Positions 32,255-42,555 of a stretch of 64,000 nucleotides of DNA are shown here, piece by piece (position 1 is the first letter of the stretch; each line of letters starts with the position of its first letter). The notes under the pieces are model-generated. The model was not told where the DNA came from and did not search any database. It saw only the letters and a list, made by a program, of their open reading frames with translations. The position numbers were made by a program, and so were the translations under genes. Source of the DNA: an uncultured delta proteobacterium. Lineage in GTDB: Bacteria; Desulfobacterota; RBG-13-43-22. The DNA lies in contig CAVUPH010000013.1 in NCBI GenBank assembly GCA_963743305.1, positions 1 to 64,000 of the forward strand, read 5' to 3'.

Positions 32255-32397
32255 GATGGTTTCGCAAAAAGTCGAAAAACCCGTCATTGCGAGCGAAGCG
32301 AAGCAATCCCCACCATGGCAACTAGCTGATTCTTGGGGATTGCTTCGTCGCTTCTCTCCTCGCAATGACAACCCGGGGGACTTTTTGCGAACTCATC
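32255..32397. mobile_element. MITE-like element, cargo type B (GTCATTGCGAG...CTCGCAATGAC), with 6-bp TSD AGTATT
   Basis: TIR GATGGTTTCGCAAAAAGTC / GACTTTTTGCGAACTCATC; AGTATT at 32249-32254 and 32398-32403. Confidence 0.85.
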
Positions 32398-32583
32398 AGT
32401 ATTGAAATAGCTTTCCGATATCTCCTGTGCTCAGACCGACTCGGTCTGCCGACCGAGTCGGTCTTACCCTCGGGCAGTCCCTTAGGCTTTTTTATGCTTC
32501 GCGAGTGCCCCCAGGGACATGGAGGTTTTATCGGAAAAAATTTCTTGACTCTTTTGATTAAATAGCTTATCTTATGTGTCAAT

Positions 32584-32645
32584 GCGGCCATGAAGGCCAG
32601 TAACAGTGGGAACTGTTATGGAGACTTCATGGCCGTTTTTTTTTT
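32584..32645 (+). promoter_or_regulatory. Leader terminator/attenuator upstream of cbiM
   Basis: GCGGCCATGAAG...CTTCATGGCCGT followed by a T-run, downstream of a TTGACT-N17-TATCTT promoter-like sequence. Confidence 0.6.
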
Positions 32646-32672
32646 GCTATTCACCGAGTCTAAGCGATTTTT

Positions 32673-33314
32673 ATGCATATACCGGATGGTTTTTTAAGTA
32701 ATACCATTAACCTGACAACCTTTGGGCTCTCGGGGATCACTCTGGCCTGGTCCTTGAAAAAGGCCAAAGAGGAGATCAGCGACCGGGAAATCCCGCTCAT
32801 CGGCGTCACCGCGGCCTTTATTTTTGCGGCCCAGATGATTAATTTTCCGGTAGCCGGGGGAACCAGCGGTCATTTTTTGGGAGCGGCCCTGGCGGCCATT
32901 CTTCTCGGCCCCTGGATCAGTTTTATTATTATGTCCCTGGTGCTGGTGCTCCAATGTTTAGGCTTTGCCGATGGGGGGTTGACGGCCCTCGGTTCGAATC
33001 TATTGAATATGGGATTGATCGGCGGTATCGGGGTTTATTACCTTTTTCGCCTGGTTCTGGCCCTGACCTCCAAAACCACCCGCGGCTTTCTATTGGCCGC
33101 GGCGGTCGCTTCCTGGTTTTCGGTGGTGCTGGCTTCCCTGGCCTGCGCGGTGGAATTGGCCCTGTCCGGTACCTCGCCGGCCAAGATTGTTATCCCCGCC
33201 ATGGTTGGTTTTCACGCCTTAATCGGCATCGGGGAGGCGATCATTACCACCGCGATTCTGTCGGCGGTCCTGGCGGCCCGTTCCGATTTGATCCGCACTT
33301 GGAGGACGGCTTGA
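32673..33314 (+). CDS. cbiM: Co/Ni ECF transporter substrate component
   Basis: N-terminal MHIPDGFL and GTSGH. Confidence 0.92.
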   Translation: MHIPDGFLSNTINLTTFGLSGITLAWSLKKAKEEISDREIPLIGVTAAFIFAAQMINFPVAGGTSGHFLGAALAAILLGPWISFIIMSLVLVLQCLGFADGGLTALGSNLLNMGLIGGIGVYYLFRLVLALTSKTTRGFLLAAAVASWFSVVLASLACAVELALSGTSPAKIVIPAMVGFHALIGIGEAIITTAILSAVLAARSDLIRTWRTA

Positions 33315-34216
33315 GCAGGAAAGGGGGACCTTTCATTGGGTTGGGCCTGGCCTTTCTGGTCTTGGGGTTGGGCTTTCCGGTCCTTCTGTCTGCCGGAACG
33401 GTCGGCCCTTTTGTCGCGGATTTTGCCGATACGCAGGAACCCGGCAAATTATCCCTCCAAATCATCCCGGTTTTAGGTTTGAAGCAGGGGGAATTTGATC
33501 AGGATGGGAAGATCCGGTATTTGCCCAGCGGCGACCGGGATACTTCCCTGACCCTGGGTATACTCCCTATCTATGGAATAGCCGAGGATCTCGAAATTTC
33601 CGGAGAGGTGCCGTTTATCTATAACTGGAAAAGCCAATCGGGCCGCTCCGCGCAGGATGGAGGGGTGGGGGACATGGCCCTCAAAATGAAATATCGGCTC
33701 TTTGAGGGAGAAAGAGATGGTTGGGCCCCTTCCGTCTCCACGATTGGCAGGGTCCGCTTCCCGACCGGAAAATACGATAACCTTTCGCCGGATAAAATGG
33801 GTGCGGACGCCGCGGGAAGCGGCGCCTACCTGTTTACTCTGGGAGTCAATGTCGGAAAATGTACCGGCCAATGGCAGGTCACGGCCAACCTCTGGTATAA
33901 CTGGCCCCTGGAAACCAAGGTGGACGGGGTCAAGACGAAGGAGGGGAATTCCTGGTTTTATGCCTTGACCGGAGAATACGCGGTTTCCAAACACTGGTCG
34001 GTCCTATTGGAGTTTTATGGGCAGGAACAGGGGAAGACGGAAATAGACGGTCGGGCGGAGGACCAATCGGAATCCCGGGTGCTGAATGTCCTACCCGGAA
34101 TCGGATGGGACATCTCGGAGAAGATGTATATGATGGCGGGCTGTTCCTTCCCACTCCTGGGCAAAAACAGCAGCTTAACCATTAGCCCGTCTCTTTTTTT
34201 CAATTACAATTTTTAA
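33311..34216 (+). CDS. Putative outer-membrane beta-barrel (MetA-pathway/DUF3187-like transporter)
   Basis: Signal peptide, GVGDMALKMKYRL, FPTG and C-terminal aromatic YNF. Confidence 0.7.
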   Translation: MSRKGGPFIGLGLAFLVLGLGFPVLLSAGTVGPFVADFADTQEPGKLSLQIIPVLGLKQGEFDQDGKIRYLPSGDRDTSLTLGILPIYGIAEDLEISGEVPFIYNWKSQSGRSAQDGGVGDMALKMKYRLFEGERDGWAPSVSTIGRVRFPTGKYDNLSPDKMGADAAGSGAYLFTLGVNVGKCTGQWQVTANLWYNWPLETKVDGVKTKEGNSWFYALTGEYAVSKHWSVLLEFYGQEQGKTEIDGRAEDQSESRVLNVLPGIGWDISEKMYMMAGCSFPLLGKNSSLTISPSLFFNYNF

Positions 34217-34230
34217 ATGCCGCACCCTCT

Positions 34231-34548
34231 ATGGAAACGAACCGAATGTCCCCAAAGAAGATTATCCTCGCCGGAATTTTATTGGCCCTGGTGGTGGCCT
34301 GTTTTCTATCCCCCTGGGCTTCTTCCTGGCCGGATGGGCTGGAGCGGGTGGCGGAGAATCTGGGTTTCCTGAAAAAAGCGGATGTCCCAGGGGTCTCGAT
34401 CTGGGAGAGATCGCCGCTACCCGACTATAAAATTCCCGGGGTTCAAAATGAACATTGGGCCACCGGTCTGGCCGGACTGGTCGGGACCCTGGCCGTGGCC
34501 GCTATCGGCTGGGGACTGGCCCGATTATTAAAGAAAAGGGGATCGTGA
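34231..34548 (+). CDS. PDGLE-domain protein (NikN/CbiN-like)
   Basis: ASSWPDGLERVA..PLPDY. Confidence 0.9.
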   Translation: METNRMSPKKIILAGILLALVVACFLSPWASSWPDGLERVAENLGFLKKADVPGVSIWERSPLPDYKIPGVQNEHWATGLAGLVGTLAVAAIGWGLARLLKKRGS

Positions 34549-34554
34549 CCTCTC

Positions 34555-35325
34555 ATGGAACATAGTTTTTTAGACCGTTACAGCCACCTGGGCAGCGTCA
34601 TCCACAACCTGGACGCCCGGACCAAAATCCTGTCTTTTCTCGGTCTGATCGGGCTGACGGTTTTGACGCCGCCCCAGTACTGGCCCATATTCCTGGCCCA
34701 TTTTACGCTAATGGCCCTGGTGCTGATTCTCTCCCGGGTGCCGGTGGGGTATGTGCTGACCCGTTCCCTGATTATCCTGCCTTTTGTCTTGCTGACCGCT
34801 ATCTTCCTTCCCTTTCTCCCGGGAGACCGTCCGGCCGGCGGAACCAGCCTGGGGATCGGGACCGTGACTTTGACGGCTTCAGGCCTTCAGGTTTTCTGGA
34901 ACATCTTCCTCAAGGGCTTCCTCGGCGTATTCGCCATTATCCTGCTTTCGGCCACCACCCCCTTCCCCAGGATTTTGGAGGCCTTGAGGAAATTCAGGAT
35001 CCCGGCGATTTTTACCCTGCTTTTGGGGTTTATCTATCGCTATTTGTTTGTTCTTTTGGATGAAGTCCTGCGCATGAAGCAGGCCATAGAATCCCGGGGC
35101 TATCGGGGCCGGTGGATCTGGCAGGCCAAATCGCTGGGTCGAATGTTGGGCCAATTGTTTCTGCACACTTACGAGCGCGGGGAGCGGGTCTATCTGGGAA
35201 TGATGTCACGGGGCTTTCAGGGAGAAACCAGGAGCCTGACCCCTTCCCGTCTGCGGCCGGGGGATTATCTTTTCCTGCTCCTGTTTCTGTCGGTGACCGC
35301 TCTTTCCCAGCTCCTCTTTCGATGA
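34555..35325 (+). CDS. cbiQ: ECF transmembrane component
   Basis: IHNLDARTK, FIYRYL and ERGERVY..MMSRGF. Confidence 0.9.
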   Translation: MEHSFLDRYSHLGSVIHNLDARTKILSFLGLIGLTVLTPPQYWPIFLAHFTLMALVLILSRVPVGYVLTRSLIILPFVLLTAIFLPFLPGDRPAGGTSLGIGTVTLTASGLQVFWNIFLKGFLGVFAIILLSATTPFPRILEALRKFRIPAIFTLLLGFIYRYLFVLLDEVLRMKQAIESRGYRGRWIWQAKSLGRMLGQLFLHTYERGERVYLGMMSRGFQGETRSLTPSRLRPGDYLFLLLFLSVTALSQLLFR

Positions 35326-36099
35326 ACGCCATAGAAATTCGCCATCTCTCTTTCACCTATCCGGATGGCCATCAAGCCCTGAAAGGATTGAACCTGGCGG
35401 TGGAACGGGGGGAATGCCTGGGGTTGGTCGGTCCCAACGGGGCCGGCAAATCCACGCTGCTGCTGCATTTGAACGGCCTCATCCCCAGTCCCAACGGCTC
35501 GGTCCGAATTTTAGGGGAAGTCATCACCAAACAGACGCTGCCCGGGGTGAGACAAAAGGTGGGCATGGTTTTTCAGAATCCGGACGACCAGCTTTTTTGC
35601 CCCACCCTGTTTGAGGATGTGGCCTTCGGCCCCCTGAATAGCCGGGTCCCGGCCGAAGAGGTCCCCGGAAGGGTGGCCCAGGCCCTCAACAAGGTGGGCT
35701 TGGAAGGTTTTGAGCAGCGCTCACCTCATCATATGAGTGTGGGTGAAAAGCGGAAGGCCTCGCTGGCGACGATCCTTTCCATGGACCCGGAGATCATCGT
35801 GTCTGGATGAACCTTCCAGCAACCTGGATCCCCGTTCCCGCAAGGAACTGATCCGCCTGCTGGCCTCTTTTACGGAAACCCGGATCGTGGCCACCCACGA
35901 TCTGGAAATGGTCCTGCAGCTTTGCGACCGGGTGGCCCTGATGGACCAGGGGGTGGTGGTGGCCCTGGGCCTGCCGGAGCAGGTCCTCAGCGACGAAGAA
36001 CTGCTGAAGTCCCATGGGCTGGAACTTCCCGAGATCCTGCGCCTGGTCCCCGCGGAAAAACGACTGGAATTGGTTTCCCGTCTTAAAGACTACTTCTAA
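35322..36099 (+). CDS. cbiO: ECF ATPase (frameshift near 35800)
   Basis: GPNGAGKST, VFQNPDDQLF; LDEP and THD in the next frame. Confidence 0.9.
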
Positions 36100-36267
36100 T
36101 TTCCTTCCTGTTTCCTTAAGAAGATCCCGAGGTTGTCCAAGACGAGGGAAATTACCCTGCCGGCGCGGTTAAAGGGTACCGGTAAAACAACCGATCAATT
36201 AGTTAATTCTGGCCTATCCCTGCCGAAAGGACCGGGTTGGGCCTTCTTCATCTCCGTCTCAGAAAAT

Positions 36268-37803
36268 ATGCCGCTATTCGACAATAAAATCTTTTTCGCA
36301 GATATACTTCAGCGTATATTCCTCCCGAAGCCGTTTCTCTATCCTGATGAGGCCCTTGACGGACTGAATTATTGGCGGGAACGTATGGTACTGGCGGTGC
36401 TGGCCGCCGGAGGTTGGTTGTCGTTGTTAGCCCTGGCACCCGCCTTCTACCTGGCGCTGACGAGGGGACTATGGCTGCTGCTGATCGTCGATATCGTCGC
36501 CTTCCTCATTACGCTTAATCTGCTGATTTCCCATCGTTTCGGACTACGGACCCGGGCCTTGGCCGTGCTGCTGATTACCTTTACGGTAGGGGCGGTTATC
36601 ATTGTTCAGGTTGGATTTCTGAGCGCCGGCCCTGCCTGGCTCTTCTGTTTTTCAGTGCTGGCCGGTGTCTTTTTAGGGCTGAGAGGCGCGCTGGCGGCGA
36701 CCCTGCTGAACGCCGCTACGATCGTTTTGCTCGCTTGGTTCGTCTATCCCGGACAAGCAATGGAGCAGGAGTTTCTGATGTCCACCAGTCGGTCGATCAC
36801 GGCGGGGGCCAATTTCATCTTTCTCAACGGGGTGGCGGCGATTTCGGTGGCCGCCCTGGTAAACGGGCTGCTGGCGTCGAATCGGAAAACCGTTGCGGCC
36901 ACAGCCGCTTTGAAAGAGGAAAAGGCGGCTCTGCTGAAAACCAGGGAAAGCCTGAAGGAGGAGATTGCCGTCAGGAAGAATTCCGAGAAGGCTCTCCAGC
37001 GCAGTGAACGGCAATACCGTTTATTGGCTGAAAATATCAAGGATGTCATCTGGACCATGGACCTGAATTTCCGGTTCACCTATGTCAGTTCGGTGGTCGA
37101 AGCCATGCAGGGCTGGACACCGGAGGAGATGCTCGAATTAACCTTGGAGAACATCATGTCCCCTTCTTCGCTGGGAGCGGTTTTGGAGGTCTTCAACCGG
37201 GAATATGCTCTGGGGCAGCAGACAGGGGAACACAACCGTTCGGCCACAGTGGAACTCGAACTATTCCGGCGGGATGGCTCCAGGCTCTGGACCGAAGTGA
37301 CCGCCTCTTTCATTCTGGACGAGGAGGGCTTGCCCGTGGGCATACTTGGCGTCACCCGCGACATTTCCGAGCGACGAAAGGCCCAGGAAGAAAAAGAAAA
37401 ACTTTTGGAAAATTTAAATCAATCCCGAAAAATGGAAGCTATCGGCAGACTGGCCGGCGGGGTGGCCCATGACCTGAACAATGTCCTCTCGGGCATCGTC
37501 AGCTATCCCGATCTGCTCCTGCTGGACCTTCCGGAGGATAGCCCGAACAGAGGACCTCTGGAGACCATTCAGGAGTCAGGCAAAAAGGCAGCCGCGATCG
37601 TACAGGATCTATTGACGCTCGCCCGCCGAGGCGTGTCTGTTGCTGAAGTCCTCAATCTGAACGACCTCATTCGGGAATATCTGACCAGCCCGGAATTCAA
37701 ACAGTTGGAATCATTCCACCCGCTGGTGGTTCTTGATAGGCGTCTCGATCCGGCGATTAGGAGCATAAAGGCTCATTGCCCATATCCCGCATCAGGCTCG
37801 TAA
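36268..37803 (+). CDS. Membrane PAS histidine kinase, truncated before the HATPase domain
   Basis: TM helices, PAS and H-box AGGVAHDLNN; no N/G boxes. Confidence 0.8.
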   Translation: MPLFDNKIFFADILQRIFLPKPFLYPDEALDGLNYWRERMVLAVLAAGGWLSLLALAPAFYLALTRGLWLLLIVDIVAFLITLNLLISHRFGLRTRALAVLLITFTVGAVIIVQVGFLSAGPAWLFCFSVLAGVFLGLRGALAATLLNAATIVLLAWFVYPGQAMEQEFLMSTSRSITAGANFIFLNGVAAISVAALVNGLLASNRKTVAATAALKEEKAALLKTRESLKEEIAVRKNSEKALQRSERQYRLLAENIKDVIWTMDLNFRFTYVSSVVEAMQGWTPEEMLELTLENIMSPSSLGAVLEVFNREYALGQQTGEHNRSATVELELFRRDGSRLWTEVTASFILDEEGLPVGILGVTRDISERRKAQEEKEKLLENLNQSRKMEAIGRLAGGVAHDLNNVLSGIVSYPDLLLLDLPEDSPNRGPLETIQESGKKAAAIVQDLLTLARRGVSVAEVLNLNDLIREYLTSPEFKQLESFHPLVVLDRRLDPAIRSIKAHCPYPASGS

Positions 37804-39130
37804 AGGCCTCCACGCATTCCGGGCATAGTTGCCGGCCCTGTTCCTCTTCAATGATTTCCATGGCCCGCTCGTGGCTCAAGGCCCGCCGATAGGGACGATC
37901 GCTGGTCAGGGCGTGATAGGTGTCGGCCACCGCCGTCATTCTGGCCCAGAGCACTATTTCTTCCCCTTTAATCCCATCCGGATAGCCGCCGCCGTCAAAA
38001 CGCTCATGGTGATGAAGGATGACCGGAAGCAGCGGTTTAATGCTGGGAATCGAACCTAAAATGGAGGCGCCGATAACCGGATGTTTTCGGATGACCGCGA
38101 ATTCTTCCGTGCTGAGGCGGCCGGGTTTCAAAAGGATGTGGTCGGGAATCCCGATCTTGCCGATATCATGCAGCCTTCCGGAGATGCCCAGGGATTCGAT
38201 TTCTTCCGGACGGGCATTCATATGGGCGGCCATCTTGGTCACCAGCAGGGCGACGTCCTCGGAATGTCCCCGGGTGTAGTGATCACGGGCCTCGAGGGCC
38301 ACGATCAGGCTGGTGATGCCGGCGAGCATCATTTTTTGTTCCAGATCCAGCCGCTCCCGTTCCTTGAGCAAAAGGAGAAAATGGTCCGAGATCAGTTTCT
38401 CCACGGTGATGACCGCCTGTTCCAGATTAAAGGGCTTGACCAGATAGCCCGCCGCGCCCCATTGCAGCAGTTGCCGCATGACGGCCCGATCGTTATTGGA
38501 GCTCATGACGACAAAAGGAATGGTGCCCAGATCGGGGTCCCCGTGAAGTTTTCGGCAGAGGTCGAGCCCGTTCATCCGGGGCATACCGAGGTCGCTTAAG
38601 ATCAGGTCCGGCCGGCGCTCCGCGATCCGTTTTAAGGCCTGTTTTCCGTCTTCCGCCTCCATGACCTGAAAACCCGCCTCTTCCAGGGCCTGGGTTACCC
38701 GTTGGCGGATATTCGGCGAATCGTCTACCACCAGGACCAGGCGGCTGCGGTGAAATCTGCTTTTCTCGAGGACCCGTTCGATGGTTTCGTTCAGAAGGGC
38801 CTGGGCCTCCGATTTGGAAACATAGGCGGCGGCCCCCACATTGAAGCCCTGTTCCACATCCCGGTCCGTATCCAGGGAACTGAGGATGATCACCGGGATA
38901 CTCCGGGTGACGGGATCGTTCTTCAACTGGGCGCAGAGGCCGAACCCGTCCAGACGGGGCATTTCCACATCGGAGATGATCAGGTCGAAACTCCCGGAAA
39001 AGGCCTTCTCCAGCCCCTCCCACCCGTCTTCCGCCTGAGTGACCCGGGCCCCGAATTTCTCCAGTTGCCGGGTCAGGGCCTTGCGGATGATCGAGCTGTC
39101 ATCGACGATGAGTATCTTGGGTAAATTCAT
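37757..39130 (-). CDS. Dual receiver plus HD-GYP c-di-GMP phosphodiesterase
   Basis: Two REC domains, HDIGK and HHERFDGGGYP. Confidence 0.93.
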   Translation of the reverse strand: MNLPKILIVDDSSIIRKALTRQLEKFGARVTQAEDGWEGLEKAFSGSFDLIISDVEMPRLDGFGLCAQLKNDPVTRSIPVIILSSLDTDRDVEQGFNVGAAAYVSKSEAQALLNETIERVLEKSRFHRSRLVLVVDDSPNIRQRVTQALEEAGFQVMEAEDGKQALKRIAERRPDLILSDLGMPRMNGLDLCRKLHGDPDLGTIPFVVMSSNNDRAVMRQLLQWGAAGYLVKPFNLEQAVITVEKLISDHFLLLLKERERLDLEQKMMLAGITSLIVALEARDHYTRGHSEDVALLVTKMAAHMNARPEEIESLGISGRLHDIGKIGIPDHILLKPGRLSTEEFAVIRKHPVIGASILGSIPSIKPLLPVILHHHERFDGGGYPDGIKGEEIVLWARMTAVADTYHALTSDRPYRRALSHERAMEIIEEEQGRQLCPECVEAFTSLMRDMGNEPLCS

Positions 39131-39298
39131 GATCAGGGGTCTGGCCGGGAACGGTCCTTTCCACCGGAACAATCAAATTACGGCATCGAATTATTCTCGG
39201 CAGTTTGAAATGTTTACTTTAATCGGATGTCCTTTAGTGTCGCCCGGCACTCTATAGCAGTCTCATAATTGAAGCAACCTCATTTAGTCTTGATTTTT

Positions 39299-39317
39299 TA
39301 TACGCCAATGGCGTATA
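39299..39317. promoter_or_regulatory. TA operator palindrome
   Basis: TATACGCCA-A-TGGCGTATA immediately upstream of the toxin remnant. Confidence 0.65.
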
Positions 39318-39324
39318 GTTGATC

Positions 39325-39405
39325 ATGCGTTTTATCGAAACTCCTATAGCGCAAATAAAGCTGCTAAGTAAGCTGGCAGATGAGGAGTTCCATGGAAAAA
39401 AGTAA
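39325..39405 (+). pseudogene. Internally deleted RelE/HigB-type toxin
   Basis: MRFIETPI joined to AQIKLLSKLADEEF, overlapping the antitoxin start. Confidence 0.6.
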
Positions 39406-39682
39406 ATTCAACCGGTTGGTAGAAAGCATAAAGCAGGCCGGAAAAATAAAGCGGGGCGAGTTAAAACCGGAGAGAGAATTTCGTTTCAGCCCGGCCGATA
39501 TTAAAGAAATCCGATTGAACCTGCGTAAATCTCAGGCGGAATTTTCTCTGATGATCGGGGTAAGCGTCTCCACGCTTCAGAATTGGGAGCAGGGCCGGCG
39601 GGTCCCGGAAGGGCCCGCCCGGGCCCTACTTAAAATCGCCGCCGAAAAACCAGGGGCGGTTATAGAGGCCTTGAGTGGTTAA
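39392..39682 (+). CDS. HigA/NadS-like HTH antitoxin
   Basis: IKEIR..SQAEFS..TLQNWEQGRRVPEGPARALL. Confidence 0.9.
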   Translation: MEKSKFNRLVESIKQAGKIKRGELKPEREFRFSPADIKEIRLNLRKSQAEFSLMIGVSVSTLQNWEQGRRVPEGPARALLKIAAEKPGAVIEALSG

Positions 39683-40100
39683 TGGGGACTTTCTTCGGCT
39701 TGGCCCTATTCGTCGGAGGAAAATAGCAGGTAATAATTCACCGAATTCCCAACAGGGCAGAAATCCACCGACCTTTGATCACCTCCCGGTCGACTTTTCG
39801 TTTTGAAGATCTTACGGGATTCGATTCCCCGGCCCGTCACGTGGTGCAAGGCCCCGGGGACGTTCGGGCGAACACTAATCGAGGCTTGCTTTTTTCTTAA
39901 GTCCTTTTTACAACCACCGGCAAGTATATTCAGAAACTACGAACCCCTGTCTCTAATAGGATGTCCCCCTTTGTTCGATCCCGGACCTGGGAGCCGTACA
40001 CGGAAAAATGGGACAGCAACCGGTCACCGGCCTTCGCCCCTTTGACCAGCCATGTTAAGTATTTCTTGCGCTATTCGCGAATTGCGAATATAAAACGGCC

Positions 40101-40612
40101 ATGAATCTTAAACCCCAGGACATCTATATCCTTTTGAAGCTCGTCGCACTGGGTGAAGGCCAGTGGTCTTATGCATCCGTGGCCGGCGATCTGTTCATGA
40201 GCGCCTCCGAGGTCCATGCCGGCATCAAGCGCGCCAGTTGCCGCTCGCCTGATGCATTCGCAAGGCGGACGCCCCTGAAAAAATCGCTGGAAGAATTCCT
40301 CATTCATGGCGTCAAGTATGCGTTCCCGCCGGACCATGGCGGACTGACCCGGGGCGTTCCTACGGGATATGCGGCGCCGCCGCTCAAGGACATCATTTCC
40401 CAGCCGAACGAACCGCCCCCCGTCTGGCCGGATCCGGAAGGCAATACCCGCGGCTATGAATTCTCGCCCCTGTACAAGACCGTCCCGAAGGCCGCATTAA
40501 AAGACAACAACTCTATGAATTGCTGGCGATCGTTGACGCCATCCGCGACGGGAGAGCCCGCGAAAGAGAAATCGCCATCAAGGAACTCAAGGCGCGATTG
40601 GGATCAGGATGA
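40101..40612 (+). CDS. HTH-containing protein, putative partner of the nucleotidyltransferase (frameshifted)
   Basis: LKPQDI..SASEVH..EEFLIHGVKYAFP..RGVPT..PVWP. Confidence 0.65.
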
Positions 40613-41310
40613 TCAATACCAGAGACATCAATATTCGGATGATCATCGCCGTGGCCAAACGTCTCGGCGATCTGAGGGACAAGGTCGTCTTCGTCGGGGG
40701 ATGCGCCACGGGATTGTTCATCACAGATCCCGCCATGCCGGAAGTCCGGGCCACCCAGGACGTGGATGTCATTGTCGAGGTCGCCTCGCGGATGGACTAT
40801 TACCGGCTTGAGGAAGAACTCAGGATCAGGGGCTTCAAACAGGACATGAGTGAGAATGCGCCGGTCTGCCGCTGGCTGGTGGATCGGATCAAAGTCGATG
40901 TCATGCCGACTCAGGAAGAGATCCTGGGGTTCTCCAACCGCTGGTATCTGCCCGCCATCAAGAACGCGGATCAGCTTCAATTGGAAGACGACCTGACCAT
41001 CAAGCTGGTCACGCCTCCCTATTTCCTGGCGACCAAGATCGAGGCCTTCAAGGGCCGCGGCGGCGGCGATTATATGGCCAGTCACGACATGGAAGACATC
41101 ATCACGGTCCTGGATGGCCGACCGGAAATCGTTTCGGAAATCAGAAGCTCATCGGATGATCTGAAGATTTTCTTATCCAGAACTTTCGAGGGCTTTTGGC
41201 AAAGGATGAATTCCGCGATTCGATTCCCGGCCATCTTCCCCCCGATCGTGCAAGCCAGTCACGATTGCCTCTGCTCATGAAATGCATCGAGGAGATATCA
41301 AAGATTCATG
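40609..41310 (+). CDS. Nucleotidyltransferase-fold protein (AbiEii-like; frameshift near the 3' end)
   Basis: VFVGG, RATQDVD, VDVMP, ATKIEAF..R and SHDMED. Confidence 0.7.
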
Positions 41311-41549
41311 ATTCTGTGCGGTAAAATTTGCATTGGGTATAGTGCGGAGTGCAGAGCGTAGCGTTTAAAAGACATTTATCGGACACTAAAACGCCTACCG
41401 CAAAGGAACCCCCGCCGGAGGCCGGGCATTTCTTCTTTTGCTTCTGTCTTCCCTTTGGTCATTGTCTCCATACCCCCTGACAGAGTTGCTTACTCGTCTG
41501 GGATTTCCTTGACAGCTACGGGTGGAGCCGCTATGATCTTGGTGATGTC

Positions 41550-42470
41550 TTAGAGGTGCTGGTAGTTGTCTTTCAGCCATCTCAAGTAGTAGCCAGTACT
41601 GAACAAGTAGTCCTCGTTGAGCTTTGCCTTTGCATCTATGAACGCGCATACGGCATATATCACTTCAGGTCTTGATTCCACCTGGAGTATTGAGTAGGAA
41701 AAAGCCAATTTCTCTTCGTCAGTCTCTTTCCCGTCTGACAGAAACTCCACAACATAAACAATCCTTCGGTCATGTGGAACTTTCGGATAGTTCTTGACGT
41801 ATTCAGCCCTCTTCCAATTTTCCATTTCGTTGAACCCATAGTACCTGGCATCTTTCCTACGATTGAGTCCCCAGTAATCCGAAGTTACCGCCTCGTAGTC
41901 TGCGCGCAGTTGACTAAGGATGGGTCTCAACTGTTTTTCGGCGATGACCCTAATTCTAGCGTTTGTACTATGGGACATGGCCCAGAGCTTCCTTAAGGCC
42001 CGGACATCATGAGACGCACTGATGGCAGCGACGCTGACATCAACCAGCAAGGAGAGATCATCCAACAATGCTTGAGTTGACGAAGCTACAGTTTGCGCCC
42101 TCAAGGCTTCCGTTGTTGCAGATTGAGCGATGCGCAGTGCATCTTTGGCCTTAATCTTTTCTTTTTCAGCCTCATCCAGATTCCTCTTGGTTAGATAGAC
42201 ATTTGCCGCCGAAATGCATACCAAGATAATCGAAATACATGTGGAGACAACCAGAAGAACCTGGCCAAAGTAGTTCCAGACCCATTTCTGATGACCTCTG
42301 CAGGTTGGGCAGACTCTTGCAGAACTAGAGATGGACGAAGAACACCAACGGCAAAGCGTTGAGCTGCTTGCTGAATGTTCGGCAATCTCCTGCGTTTCTG
42401 CAGAAGAGATCGCCGTCCCATCAGGCTCCGGATCGTCGTAAAGTAGTCCATTTCTATCTTCCTTACTCAC
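41550..42470 (-). CDS. Hypothetical membrane protein with N-terminal zinc ribbon and coiled coil
   Basis: CRWC..CPTC and one TM helix; AT-richer than the host genes. Confidence 0.7.
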   Translation of the reverse strand: MSKEDRNGLLYDDPEPDGTAISSAETQEIAEHSASSSTLCRWCSSSISSSARVCPTCRGHQKWVWNYFGQVLLVVSTCISIILVCISAANVYLTKRNLDEAEKEKIKAKDALRIAQSATTEALRAQTVASSTQALLDDLSLLVDVSVAAISASHDVRALRKLWAMSHSTNARIRVIAEKQLRPILSQLRADYEAVTSDYWGLNRRKDARYYGFNEMENWKRAEYVKNYPKVPHDRRIVYVVEFLSDGKETDEEKLAFSYSILQVESRPEVIYAVCAFIDAKAKLNEDYLFSTGYYLRWLKDNYQHL

Positions 42471-42493
42471 TTCTCGTTTCCCCGTCTTCTATT

Positions 42494-42553
42494 GCCCAAC
42501 TGTTGAACTGTGCGGCGCGGCTTATTTGCGTCCTCTCCAGTGATTGTTTGGGT
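42494..42553 (-). other. Integron attC site (after mrr)
   Basis: ACCCAAAC-AATC-ACTGGAG...CACAGT-TCAACA-GTTGGGC. Confidence 0.7.
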
Positions 42554-42555
42554 GA

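Noticed and set aside
32400-32672. Cobalamin riboswitch before cbiM
   Set aside because: No B12 box or core consensus is recognisable, and the space is occupied by repeats.
41340-41549. Third attC after the zinc-ribbon gene
   Set aside because: No GCCCAAC/RYYYAAC box or paired L boxes were found.
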